DNA from: a virus
Taxonomy: Duplodnaviria > Caudoviricetes
Reading direction: 5' to 3' (one strand)
IMG/VR virus record: IMGVR_UViG_3300020411_000002
DNA: 64,000 nt
Both the position numbers and the translations under genes were made by a program. Of this stretch, positions 54,967 through 64,000 are shown piece after piece (the first letter of the stretch is position 1; every line of letters begins with the position of its first letter). The notes under the pieces were generated by a model. The model was not told the origin of the DNA. It saw nothing but the letters and a program-made list of their open reading frames with translations, and did no database searches.

Positions 54967-56988
54967 CTACATATACTTTCTTCTAAATTGTTCAAGAGTT
55001 AGAATAGGAATATTTCTTTCTTCTGCTAAATCTACTTTTGAACTAGTGTAAGATTCATCTTTGATGATAAGCATAGTTGTATCGGCTTTCATGTTTTGAA
55101 CAGTACCACCTTGCTGAGTAATCCACGCTTGAACCTCTTTATCTCTAGCACCGGTCAAAGTTATCTTTTCACCGTCTAGTAGGTCACCAACCGCTTCTTC
55201 TTTTTGAGGTAGTTCTAAGTCTACACTTAAATTATCAGCAAGCTTGAATATCTTAGGTAAAGCTACTGCAAAGTTTCTAGCTATTTGCTTGAAGCCGTGA
55301 AGAGCCTGCACTTTATCTACAATATATTGTGTAGACTCGTCTTCCCACTCAAACACTTCTTCGCCGTAAGCATCTACAATCTTTTGCACACGCTCTAAAC
55401 TAAAGTTGTCTATGTATCCAGAAGCTACTGCAAAGTTTACAAAGTTAGGTGCATTAAGGCATTTGTCTACTTCTGAGATAAGCTTCTTAATAGTTTGAGT
55501 ACCAAAGCTTTCAACGCCTTCCAAGTCTTTAACTCGAATGCGCTTAATCTTTAGAGGTGAAGTATAGCCAAGGTCATATAGCTTTTTGAATGTACTTTCT
55601 TTAAAGCCGTCCATACCTAGTGCAACAAAGAAGTGTGTCAGTCGCTTAACTCTAGATGTACTGCTTTGTGCAGACTTACCAGCGTATACAGCGTGAACAC
55701 CTTTCTCTTTGTATTCGTATGGAGGCTCAGCAGGTTTTCGAGAAGCTTTAACTACTTCAACAATATATGGAATAACGCCGCCAGAACGAACTACTTTAAT
55801 CTTCGCACCTACGTTAATAGGCTTAACTTGAAGTCCAAGCTTTGCATCACTCTTTTTAAATCCATTGCGAATGTAAAACAAAGAATGCGCTAAGAAGTTT
55901 GAAACAGTAACACCGCCAAGTCTTATAGGGTCTATTGAGATAGTTGGTATGATAGTTTTGTTTCTAGATATCTCCCAATCAACAGACTTAACAGAAACTA
56001 TCTGCATTGCCGATTCACTATTCTCTTTAAAAGCAACTGCATGTTTGGCATTTGTTCTTTGAGGTGTGTACGGTATATCTTTAGCTACAATGATTCCATC
56101 AATCTCGTATTCGCTTTGATTAATTCGAACATCATAGATTTGACTTAGTGAGTTGCTTGGGTCATCTGCTTCAAAGTTGTCAGACGTAACGCTCCAAACG
56201 GTTTTGAACTTTAAGCGCTTTAGAAGCTGTAACTGTTTAGAGATAGGTCCACCTGCTGTTCGACCCTCTTGTATCTCGTAACAAACAACGTCTACATCTT
56301 TCATGTGTCGTTGGTATTGCTTAAAGTCTTTTGAGCTAGACATTTTGTTAAGGATACCACCTGCCATATTACGTGCAGCTTTAAAAGTTCCCTTGCTGTT
56401 TTTAGTAGAGTCGTGCTTTGCATCAAACGTAGATGTTTTAACAATAGCTTCTGACCTAACTATGAAACGTGTCTTGATAGGAATCTTTTTAGGTATTCTT
56501 AGATAAGGAATCCAATGTGATATGTCTTGACCTACAGCACCGTCACCACGCGTAGCAGCTTGAACACAAACACCTTTATCGTACACTAGCTGTAGACTTA
56601 TTCCGTCAAGCTTATCCATTATTGTGTAAGACTGTTTGGGGTCTATAAACCTAGTTAGCGCTTTTGTGTTTGGTTTTATCTTGCTCATACTAGGCATGAA
56701 CACTGGAAGTTTTACTTCGATTCTTCCTTTTGGTACAGGTGCGCCAACGGTTTTCCAAATAGCGTTACGTGGATTATTTGTTTTAACAATTTCTTCTACT
56801 TCATCGTAGTGACTGTCAGGCAATAGCTCTTTCTTGTTCGTATAGTATTCACGTAGAACCTTTATCGCCGCAATCTGAACAGTCTTTGGATACTCTTCAA
56901 TAGAGCTTGGGTCTGCTAGAGCATTGAGTATAGCTTTCTTAACTCTGCTATCTATTTTAGCTCTTGAAATTCTTAACTTATAGTTCAT
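54967..56988 (-). CDS. ligA: NAD-dependent DNA ligase
   Basis: MDKLDG (KxDG), ATRGDG..G.DI, EIDGIIV, AVAFKE, OB and HhH regions, C-terminal BRCT. Confidence 0.95.
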   Translation of the reverse strand: MNYKLRISRAKIDSRVKKAILNALADPSSIEEYPKTVQIAAIKVLREYYTNKKELLPDSHYDEVEEIVKTNNPRNAIWKTVGAPVPKGRIEVKLPVFMPSMSKIKPNTKALTRFIDPKQSYTIMDKLDGISLQLVYDKGVCVQAATRGDGAVGQDISHWIPYLRIPKKIPIKTRFIVRSEAIVKTSTFDAKHDSTKNSKGTFKAARNMAGGILNKMSSSKDFKQYQRHMKDVDVVCYEIQEGRTAGGPISKQLQLLKRLKFKTVWSVTSDNFEADDPSNSLSQIYDVRINQSEYEIDGIIVAKDIPYTPQRTNAKHAVAFKENSESAMQIVSVKSVDWEISRNKTIIPTISIDPIRLGGVTVSNFLAHSLFYIRNGFKKSDAKLGLQVKPINVGAKIKVVRSGGVIPYIVEVVKASRKPAEPPYEYKEKGVHAVYAGKSAQSSTSRVKRLTHFFVALGMDGFKESTFKKLYDLGYTSPLKIKRIRVKDLEGVESFGTQTIKKLISEVDKCLNAPNFVNFAVASGYIDNFSLERVQKIVDAYGEEVFEWEDESTQYIVDKVQALHGFKQIARNFAVALPKIFKLADNLSVDLELPQKEEAVGDLLDGEKITLTGARDKEVQAWITQQGGTVQNMKADTTMLIIKDESYTSSKVDLAEERNIPILTLEQFRRKYM

Positions 56989-57014
56989 TAGAAACCTTAA
57001 TGCCTATTTCAACT

Positions 57015-57218
57015 TTAGGTCTTTTCTCTGTTAGCGCAGACCGGTGTACCAGATTTTCTGTTAGTGTTATTGGTTTGAAACTCATGTGATTCCTCTACGC
57101 GTATCAAATCGTCTATACCGTAAAAGCCTACAATAAATGCAGGCTTAACGTCTTTTGCTTTTTTATATCCGCCTTTACCATCATGAATAACAGCATCGCC
57201 GGGTCGTATTCTATCCAC
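57015..57218 (-). CDS. Small hypothetical protein
   Basis: GTG start after AGAGGA. Confidence 0.5.
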   Translation of the reverse strand: MDRIRPGDAVIHDGKGGYKKAKDVKPAFIVGFYGIDDLIRVEESHEFQTNNTNRKSGTPVCANREKT

Positions 57219-57531
57219 TTTTATCCTCTTTATCTAAACAAATATGAGCAACAAAATTTCCATCTTCTTCCGATATAGCACACCGACGAACCTTGCAGTT
57301 AGGATTAAGCATCGAGTACTCAGACATATCCATGTTAAATGATTCTAGTACTTGCTCTACTGTAGGCAGCGTATCCATCTGACTATAATCGTAAACAATA
57401 CCCTCGTCTTCCTGTGTCACATTAGGATATGAACGGTTATGTTCTTCTGCTATCTTATCAATAGCTTTACGCCAACTATTCATTAAGTTTGAAATAGGTT
57501 GGTCGGTTTCTTCTTTCCAATCTATAGACAT
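57211..57531 (-). CDS. Small acidic hypothetical protein
   Basis: 106-aa coupled ORF. Confidence 0.55.
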   Translation of the reverse strand: MSIDWKEETDQPISNLMNSWRKAIDKIAEEHNRSYPNVTQEDEGIVYDYSQMDTLPTVEQVLESFNMDMSEYSMLNPNCKVRRCAISEEDGNFVAHICLDKEDKSG

Positions 57532-57533
57532 AG

Positions 57534-59315
57534 TTAACTCGTTATCGGTTCGTTAGATTTGTCGTAGTTTTCTATATTGTTAAAGTACTTAGTAAACTCT
57601 TTTGGATTAAGCTTACGTACAAAGTCGGCTTCTTTCTCAATAGACTGATTAGTCTTCGAGCTAATACGAACTGTTTGATATTCCATTGGGTCATTAGTAA
57701 TGTCGTAGACCTTGTATACCGTAATAGAATCGTTTTTCTTTAGAGGGTAGATATCAAGAATTAGATATTCGCGTTGTTCAGTCTTGTCTTCCTTAAACTG
57801 AATTACATCGCCTTCCTCATACGCTTTAGTCTCTTCGACGTCCTCAACAGACTCGGGGTCTTCATCCTCTTCTGCGAGTTCAACATCTTCGTCTTCATCA
57901 TACGATTCTTGCTCAATGTCATCCAGATCGACAGGCTCTTCGCTTTCATCCTCTTCAATCTCTTCGACTTCTTCTGTATCTTCCTGTACTTCATCATCGG
58001 GATCGTCCTCTATCTCGGTTTCTTCTTCCGACTCTTCAAGCTCAGATTCTTCTTCGATATCTGGATCTTCTTCATCGTCTGGAAGTTCTTCATCTTCGTC
58101 CTCAAAATCGGCTTCTTCTTCCTCGTCTTCATCTTCTTCCATAGATTGAGAAAGTTCTTCTCGCATATCACCTATTTCAGAATCAAGACTTTGACCTATA
58201 GCATCAGAGTCTGCATCGACAGAAACAATTTCGTCTTCATCGATTATATCATCGCCTTCTAGGTCAATGTTATCAATGTCATCAAGATCATCAAAGTCAA
58301 AATCACCGTCATCATCGGCTGCCATGTCGTCTAAGTCTGCAACAACTTTCTCTTTGTCTTGCATTCGCTTAGAAGATTCTTCAATGACAATATCGTCCAT
58401 GTCTTTTACAGGCGCATAAATTGAAGGTGCAACATCTTGCATACCAGCCAAACGTAAAGCCTCTTTACGAGCCTTTTCTTGCTTCTCTAGTTTCTTGCGC
58501 TGTATTTCTTCAAGACGTTTTTGTTTGGCTTCTCGCTTAGCCTCTTTGATTTTTTCACGAGCTTCTTTTTCTTTTAGAGCTTTGGAAATCTCTCTATCTT
58601 TTTTAAGTCTCTTTATCTCGTCCAATGTAACTTTTCCTTTAAGCCATCTGTTTAGCGGCAGTAAAGGTGAATTCTCTACTAGATAGTCATACTTGTCTGT
58701 AGGAATCGCCCAGCTAGTACCATCAGGAAAAGCAATAACACCGCCACGACTTTCCTTTAAAAATCGAAGACCAAACACTTGGCCTTTTTCCATTTCAAAG
58801 AACTTGTCTAGTGTTTTGCTGTACTTAAACTTTGGAACGTTAAGCTTTCGCCACTGGTAGTTTTGAAAGAACACACCGTGCTTACTTTCTGGTACTGGTC
58901 TAGAAGCATTGCGCGTTGGATAGTATCTATCTGCGGCGGTATCATAGACACGAGTATTCGGATTTTCAATAGGCCGTCTAGGTGCGCGTGGAGAAGAATT
59001 CTTGTTTCCTCTCCCTGCTCTAACGTCTTCTATTTTTGGTGCTTTACGTTTGTGAGATCGTTTAACTAGGTTAACTAGGTCATTCTCTGATATTGGATAA
59101 GCTACATAATACTTATCAGGAAAGATTAAGTAAGCGCGATTGCCACGAATAGGTTTAATACCAAATACAGCTTTAGGTGGAATAGAGATATCAAAGTTTC
59201 CCGATTCCATCTTTTTGGTTCTTAGACCTTTATACGTGTACCAATTGTATTGCGGTAAATCAGAATACTTTACTGCTACGCTTACGGATTCTAATTCATT
59301 TATATTCTCAAACAT
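57534..59315 (-). CDS. Putative head protein: two shared domains, coiled coil, acidic tract
   Basis: MFENINELESVSV; duplicated W...FG(I/L) unit; K/E coil; long D/E tract. Confidence 0.65.
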   Translation of the reverse strand: MFENINELESVSVAVKYSDLPQYNWYTYKGLRTKKMESGNFDISIPPKAVFGIKPIRGNRAYLIFPDKYYVAYPISENDLVNLVKRSHKRKAPKIEDVRAGRGNKNSSPRAPRRPIENPNTRVYDTAADRYYPTRNASRPVPESKHGVFFQNYQWRKLNVPKFKYSKTLDKFFEMEKGQVFGLRFLKESRGGVIAFPDGTSWAIPTDKYDYLVENSPLLPLNRWLKGKVTLDEIKRLKKDREISKALKEKEAREKIKEAKREAKQKRLEEIQRKKLEKQEKARKEALRLAGMQDVAPSIYAPVKDMDDIVIEESSKRMQDKEKVVADLDDMAADDDGDFDFDDLDDIDNIDLEGDDIIDEDEIVSVDADSDAIGQSLDSEIGDMREELSQSMEEDEDEEEEADFEDEDEELPDDEEDPDIEEESELEESEEETEIEDDPDDEVQEDTEEVEEIEEDESEEPVDLDDIEQESYDEDEDVELAEEDEDPESVEDVEETKAYEEGDVIQFKEDKTEQREYLILDIYPLKKNDSITVYKVYDITNDPMEYQTVRISSKTNQSIEKEADFVRKLNPKEFTKYFNNIENYDKSNEPITS

Positions 59316-59326
59316 GACGTTTCCTA

Positions 59327-62300
59327 TTAACCGCCTTTAATGTAGCCGGTGCTTGGACAACCATAACAGCTATTAACACAGGGAAGTTTTTGAGCCCATA
59401 TCCAACAGCCTGGAGATACTTCATACGTTCTAACAGCAGGACCTTCTACACCCCATACTCCAATAGCATTGGCTAGTGCTGCATTCTCAGTCGCAAAATA
59501 GCCACTGTCTAAACAGTTTTCATTGCCTAAAGCTACGCAATCACTTTCAGTAATTGTAACCGTACGGCTTCCTAATGAAGTGTATGAGAAAGTATCTAGC
59601 GAAACAAATGTTGGTGCAAATAAGGACACCTCAGAATGATATGTATAGTCAGTGACTGCATTAGGTTTATCTATAAACGCAGACTCTAAATCATCAACCT
59701 TTAAAGTATATCCAGACTGGTATTTAATATTGTATAAGTTGTCTACTACAGTTTTATTTACAGTATTCGAAGTCAAACCCTGAACACCGTCTACTTCGAC
59801 TTTCAGGTAATGTACTGCTGTACTTACTGCCCTAGCGTGTTTATTCCAATCTATTTCTAAATTAACAACAGAACTAGATATAGGTTTATTGAAGTCTACA
59901 ACAAATGCCTTAGCAGCCTCTACATTAGGTTTAGAGAACTCTTGGATAAAGAACTTACCCATATCAAAAGTTAGTTTACCATACTCGTATTCAATAAAGC
60001 CTAAATCGTTTCGTGTAAAGATTCTAAACTCACGTTCATGCTCTAACGATAATACAGAACGCTTTTTGAAATCAATAGAAGTAACAGCGTCTGACCTATC
60101 AGTGTCTGTAACAAACTCGCCCTGCTCAGTAAAAGGCATTTCGGCAAAGTTACGAATAAACTCTTGATTGCGATAAGTAAGATAGTTAGTGTTAGCACCC
60201 TTGGTATAATCTATACTTACACTGTACGCAATAGGAGAAGTAGTTCTATCAAAGTCTGTTTCAGTGTATGGTTTTATACCTGATGCACCTTTAACGTATT
60301 CTATTTCTTGACCTGTAGTAGTTGAGCGATTAGAACGTAAGTATTCTACGTCCATACCATAAGCCGAGTGTAGTGACTTAACAGATTCAAATTTGTCTAT
60401 AAAGAAAGAGGGGTTAGAAGACCTCTCTGCTTGCGACTTAGCAACATCAAGAATTGGTCGATTAGACTTTGAGTAGTTAGCACCTTTATATTGGAAATCA
60501 AAAGTAGCTGGAACAACAATACTGGATTCCAAGTTTTTCTCTACCAACATATTAGGTAAAGAGGTGGGAACAATTTCTCGCTCCAAAGCAAAAGACTTTG
60601 CAACAATAACATCTGCTTCTGCATCATAATGATTAACACTTACACCTGACTGACCTATAACTTCTGCATCTTCTCTATCTATATAAGGAGCAAGCTCTCT
60701 ACTTTGAATTGCATCAGTAGTCTTTAAGCTTTGAATGTTCCAACTGCCTTGCGATATACCACTAACAACTCTATGAACTGTAGTACTTCCATAAACACCT
60801 AATGCATAACCTACTAGCTGTATGTCAGAACCACCAGCAACACGAATTGACTTCTGTTCGTATAGAACACCTTTATAGTTTAATTCATCTGGACTAATCT
60901 CACTAGGCACAGACCCGTTAATTAAAGGAATAGTATTTCTTGGTATGATAATATCGACACTGAATTCAGAACTAACTGAGTCTAAGTTTATTACTTCTGA
61001 TTGAAGCTTATCACCTAAAGTAACACCTTTAATTGTTCCAAAGTCTAGAGGCACCATTGACATAGCTGGAAGTGTAGTAACTATCCAGGTCACGCTAGTT
61101 TTACACATAGATAATACAAGCTGGTGGGCTGTACCGAATACAGGTTTAGTAGTAAGCTTTAACTGTACACTGTCTCCACTTTCAATAGCAGCACTTTGTC
61201 CTACATCAACACCATTAACGATAATAGAACTATTGTAATCGTCATTAATTCTAGCAAGAGTAGGTTCTGCCGTATCTATAATGATAGCATCGGAAATAAA
61301 TTCACTACCTAGTTCAGCATAGAAGATATCGATAAAATCAGAACGAGCTTCTGGTTTATTTTCATCACGAGGTTCTTCACTTCGCGTAGTTATAACCCAA
61401 GTGCTTTCAAAGATACCACCCCATGTAACAGTACTAAATGTTTCTTGGCAATTTTCTTCATGACTAGTAGCAGCAATGTATACGCGATCACCGTTTGAAA
61501 CAGTTGTCGAAGAACCTACGTCTACCCCATTTTTGTAGATAGTTCCGTAGTCTAGCTCCATTGTACATTCGATAACATCAAGACCATGAATCTGTATAGC
61601 GTTAGAAATATAGCCTGTGTTAGTTTCAGCAAACTGATTGTTATTCCATGTAGTATCTATAGGTATTAACCTTTTAAGCTCTGGACTAGCAGTAAATGAA
61701 TATGCATGTTGTCCTAGAACAAAATCAATTCGTCTTGCTTTACCTCCGGGAATGCTTACTTCAAAGTAGAACTCACCATAAGGCTGTATGACAGTTCCAT
61801 TTGTAAAAGAACCTTCCTCAGTATTAACACTTACTTCTACGTCTGAATCATCTGGGTACAAGTATAAGGTTACAGGGTTTCGTACACCATCAATAGTGTA
61901 AGTATCACTTCTACCAGTACCACCAACCGGAATATCGATAATACTTTTATAGTCGATTGGATCTGGGTCTCCGTCAGATACGATAAGTCTTTCGTCAATA
62001 TCTGGATAAAGACAAGACGCAATAAGGACAGAGTTAGCATTATTAAAATATAGCTCATAACTATGACTCGGTAAATCAATCCTATCAATTACTCGTAGCG
62101 AAGAGTCGAGCTTCAACAATTCAGATTCAACTATATCGGAAACGTATAAAGTTTCGTTATCTCTATCATAGGCGAGTCCGTCTAAATAGCCCTGTCCTTG
62201 AAAGAAACTTGTTAGTAATATCGTGTGATTGTTTTCAAAGTCTAACTCTACTATTGTTATTTTTCGTTCCTGTCTATGCGTTATGTAAAGTCTACCTAAA

Positions 62301-63256
62301 ACACTTTCGTAAAACATAGAAGAAGCGAAAGCTGGCAAGCTAACAGAATGGTCTAACGTAGAACCAAGAACAAAATCTACAGAGGTCTCTGTAAGGACAG
62401 CGCAGTACTCGTTAACTTGATACAGTCTATGAGGTTTGCGTATTAGCGTAAGAGTCTCAGTCGAAGTAACAGAACCAAAATCATCTACGGTTATAACGGT
62501 TAGGTCATTAGAGTCTCGGTGTGCTACATAGATAACATTTAAAACACTTGTAATAGAAATAGGAGCAGTTACATCAATAGTACCAATCTCACTATATGCA
62601 GTGTTTAGTAATTGTATTTTGTTTGAATGTTCAAAAGCTACTGCAAAGAATATACGCTTTTCAGAGGACGCAGAAAATACAGTCGTAGAATCTACAGGCC
62701 CATCGTAGTCAGTATCAATACGACCTACAAATACGCCTTCTGCATCCAATATAGAAATCTTATTTAAGTAATAATCTAACACATGATATTTTGTTCTAAG
62801 AATAGAGACCGCGCCTTTATCCACTTTTTTATCTGTTAGATTTTGAACAACTGGCTCAGTGCTATCACTAGATAGAGTAACAACACTGCTATTATCCTGA
62901 GCAACCCACTCAGAATCTGGTAATACTTCCCATGCGTACTTTCCGTTAAGCGCATCGTTGTACTCAAAGGTTTCATCGAACTTATTAATTAGTGCAAATG
63001 TACCAACAAGCTCTTCGTCTTGAAAAAGCTGAGCAAAACGAGGAATGCCCAGAGAAGACCCAGAAGTAGCTCGTACTTCCACAGTATCTCCGGACACAGC
63101 ATTCGTAGACGAACCTCGTTCGTTTCCATTTACTATAATAGTTCCTATGCTTACACGCAATGAAACCAATACTTCATCGGTAAGTATATATGCAGGATTT
63201 GAAATCTCTACAGTATTAGGCTCTAGACCTGATTTATATCCAAGATCGTATAACAT
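59327..63256 (-). CDS. Large fibre-like virion protein (propeller-like, Ig-like repeats, repeat shaft, Cys-rich tip)
   Basis: 1309 aa; repeats of NG...G......(S)GD.V; D/E-F/Y-x-K/R periodic region; six Cys near the C terminus. Confidence 0.6.
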   Translation of the reverse strand: MLYDLGYKSGLEPNTVEISNPAYILTDEVLVSLRVSIGTIIVNGNERGSSTNAVSGDTVEVRATSGSSLGIPRFAQLFQDEELVGTFALINKFDETFEYNDALNGKYAWEVLPDSEWVAQDNSSVVTLSSDSTEPVVQNLTDKKVDKGAVSILRTKYHVLDYYLNKISILDAEGVFVGRIDTDYDGPVDSTTVFSASSEKRIFFAVAFEHSNKIQLLNTAYSEIGTIDVTAPISITSVLNVIYVAHRDSNDLTVITVDDFGSVTSTETLTLIRKPHRLYQVNEYCAVLTETSVDFVLGSTLDHSVSLPAFASSMFYESVLGRLYITHRQERKITIVELDFENNHTILLTSFFQGQGYLDGLAYDRDNETLYVSDIVESELLKLDSSLRVIDRIDLPSHSYELYFNNANSVLIASCLYPDIDERLIVSDGDPDPIDYKSIIDIPVGGTGRSDTYTIDGVRNPVTLYLYPDDSDVEVSVNTEEGSFTNGTVIQPYGEFYFEVSIPGGKARRIDFVLGQHAYSFTASPELKRLIPIDTTWNNNQFAETNTGYISNAIQIHGLDVIECTMELDYGTIYKNGVDVGSSTTVSNGDRVYIAATSHEENCQETFSTVTWGGIFESTWVITTRSEEPRDENKPEARSDFIDIFYAELGSEFISDAIIIDTAEPTLARINDDYNSSIIVNGVDVGQSAAIESGDSVQLKLTTKPVFGTAHQLVLSMCKTSVTWIVTTLPAMSMVPLDFGTIKGVTLGDKLQSEVINLDSVSSEFSVDIIIPRNTIPLINGSVPSEISPDELNYKGVLYEQKSIRVAGGSDIQLVGYALGVYGSTTVHRVVSGISQGSWNIQSLKTTDAIQSRELAPYIDREDAEVIGQSGVSVNHYDAEADVIVAKSFALEREIVPTSLPNMLVEKNLESSIVVPATFDFQYKGANYSKSNRPILDVAKSQAERSSNPSFFIDKFESVKSLHSAYGMDVEYLRSNRSTTTGQEIEYVKGASGIKPYTETDFDRTTSPIAYSVSIDYTKGANTNYLTYRNQEFIRNFAEMPFTEQGEFVTDTDRSDAVTSIDFKKRSVLSLEHEREFRIFTRNDLGFIEYEYGKLTFDMGKFFIQEFSKPNVEAAKAFVVDFNKPISSSVVNLEIDWNKHARAVSTAVHYLKVEVDGVQGLTSNTVNKTVVDNLYNIKYQSGYTLKVDDLESAFIDKPNAVTDYTYHSEVSLFAPTFVSLDTFSYTSLGSRTVTITESDCVALGNENCLDSGYFATENAALANAIGVWGVEGPAVRTYEVSPGCWIWAQKLPCVNSCYGCPSTGYIKGG

Positions 63257-63585
63257 TATTCACCTACAATCTTCGTAGTTCCATTCATTGACACTTCACG
63301 GATGAAGCTTTTAAGTGCGATAGACTTTTGAGAAAAGCTTACCTTTTCAAAATCTCTACCATCAAACATGTTCAAGTGCATAGAGCAAAAGCGGTAGATA
63401 CAGTTAGAAATAGCTACTGACCTGCTTTCACAGGACGTAGTAAATCGTTCTCGTCTATTTTTATATTCGACTTGTACTACGTATTCTTTTACGTTACTAG
63501 TACTTTTAATTTTCGGTCTAAGTGGTGGGTACAAAGACCCACCATATTTATAAACCGATGCACTTAAAGGAATTGCATGTTCCAC
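63256..63585 (-). CDS. Hypothetical protein
   Basis: 109-aa coupled ORF starting GTG. Confidence 0.5.
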   Translation of the reverse strand: MEHAIPLSASVYKYGGSLYPPLRPKIKSTSNVKEYVVQVEYKNRRERFTTSCESRSVAISNCIYRFCSMHLNMFDGRDFEKVSFSQKSIALKSFIREVSMNGTTKIVGE

Positions 63586-63591
63586 GACACG

Positions 63592-64000
63592 TTAACGGGA
63601 AATAGTAATTCCCATTCCCTCGGTCTGGAAGTAAATACGCATACCTTTGTTGTCTTCGTGGTTAGCATTCAGTGCGCGATATTTACGAGGCTGAGCTTCA
63701 CCATAAACACTAACCTCATGTTGGGCATACTGAGAAGTAACGTCAGCACTTGCATAGGCAATAATGTCTAACTCATGCGGATATGAATAGCGCTGAGTGT
63801 TCAAGCCACGAGGAAAGTTAATGATGTATTTACCATCTTCATAGATAGACGTTTGCTGAATGCTGTTAATGATTCGTGTACTATCCGCAGTATCTACAGT
63901 AGCAGAGACCGGGAATGTAGGAGCGTTAACGTCTTTCTCGCGAACAACAAACTTCATGATACCATCTAGTTCAGAAGTATTTAAGTCTGAACCGCCACCA
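63592..64000 (-). CDS. C-terminal part of a larger protein (open to the right edge)
   Basis: The frame of track ORF 63592..63957 continues without a stop to 64000 (GGGSDLNTSELDGIMKF...). Confidence 0.75.
   Translation of the reverse strand, partial: GGGSDLNTSELDGIMKFVVREKDVNAPTFPVSATVDTADSTRIINSIQQTSIYEDGKYIINFPRGLNTQRYSYPHELDIIAYASADVTSQYAQHEVSVYGEAQPRKYRALNANHEDNKGMRIYFQTEGMGITISR

Noticed and set aside
54967-56988. Intein or intron in the ligase
   Set aside because: Length (673 aa) and motif order match an uninterrupted LigA; no intein ends or homing endonuclease motifs seen.
1-64000. tRNA, rRNA, CRISPR or IS elements
   Set aside because: Intergenic gaps are short and accounted for; no cloverleaf, repeat-spacer array or transposase motif was recognised by eye (tRNAscan not run).

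Overview
AT-rich 64 kb segment of a jumbo myovirus (contractile-tailed phage) genome. Every credible gene is on the minus strand; the plus-strand ORFs in the track look like antisense shadows. In transcription order (right to left): a 1309-aa fibre-like protein, NAD-dependent DNA ligase, an Ig-like protein and a GT2-TPR glycosyltransferase; a head region with prohead protease, many putative internal head proteins (a type IB topoisomerase, a DarA-C-like protein, an HExxH metallopeptidase, histone-H1-like and protamine-like proteins), an acidic Zn-ribbon scaffold, a decoration protein and the major capsid protein; tail sheath, tube, chaperones, tape measure and baseplate genes; a 15 kb tandem array of 14 paralogous putative virion surface proteins; then Acb1-like anti-CBASS phosphoesterase, a secreted PBP-like protein, MmcB-like nuclease and dTMP kinase. 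Top candidates for undescribed biology: (1) a shared N-terminal hydrophobic-strand + S-x-S tag on more than 10 unrelated ORFs, suggesting a capsid-loading/maturation system for enzyme and anti-defence cargo; (2) the 14-member array in which a common core carries swappable discoidin-like inserts; (3) a candidate -1 ribosomal frameshift (A AAA AAG with upstream SD) fusing the H1-like protein to an ORF with no good start. Family calls come from motif recognition, not database searches. Several starts were adjusted from the ORF track using RBS or overlap evidence. No tRNA, CRISPR array, intein or mobile element was recognised.
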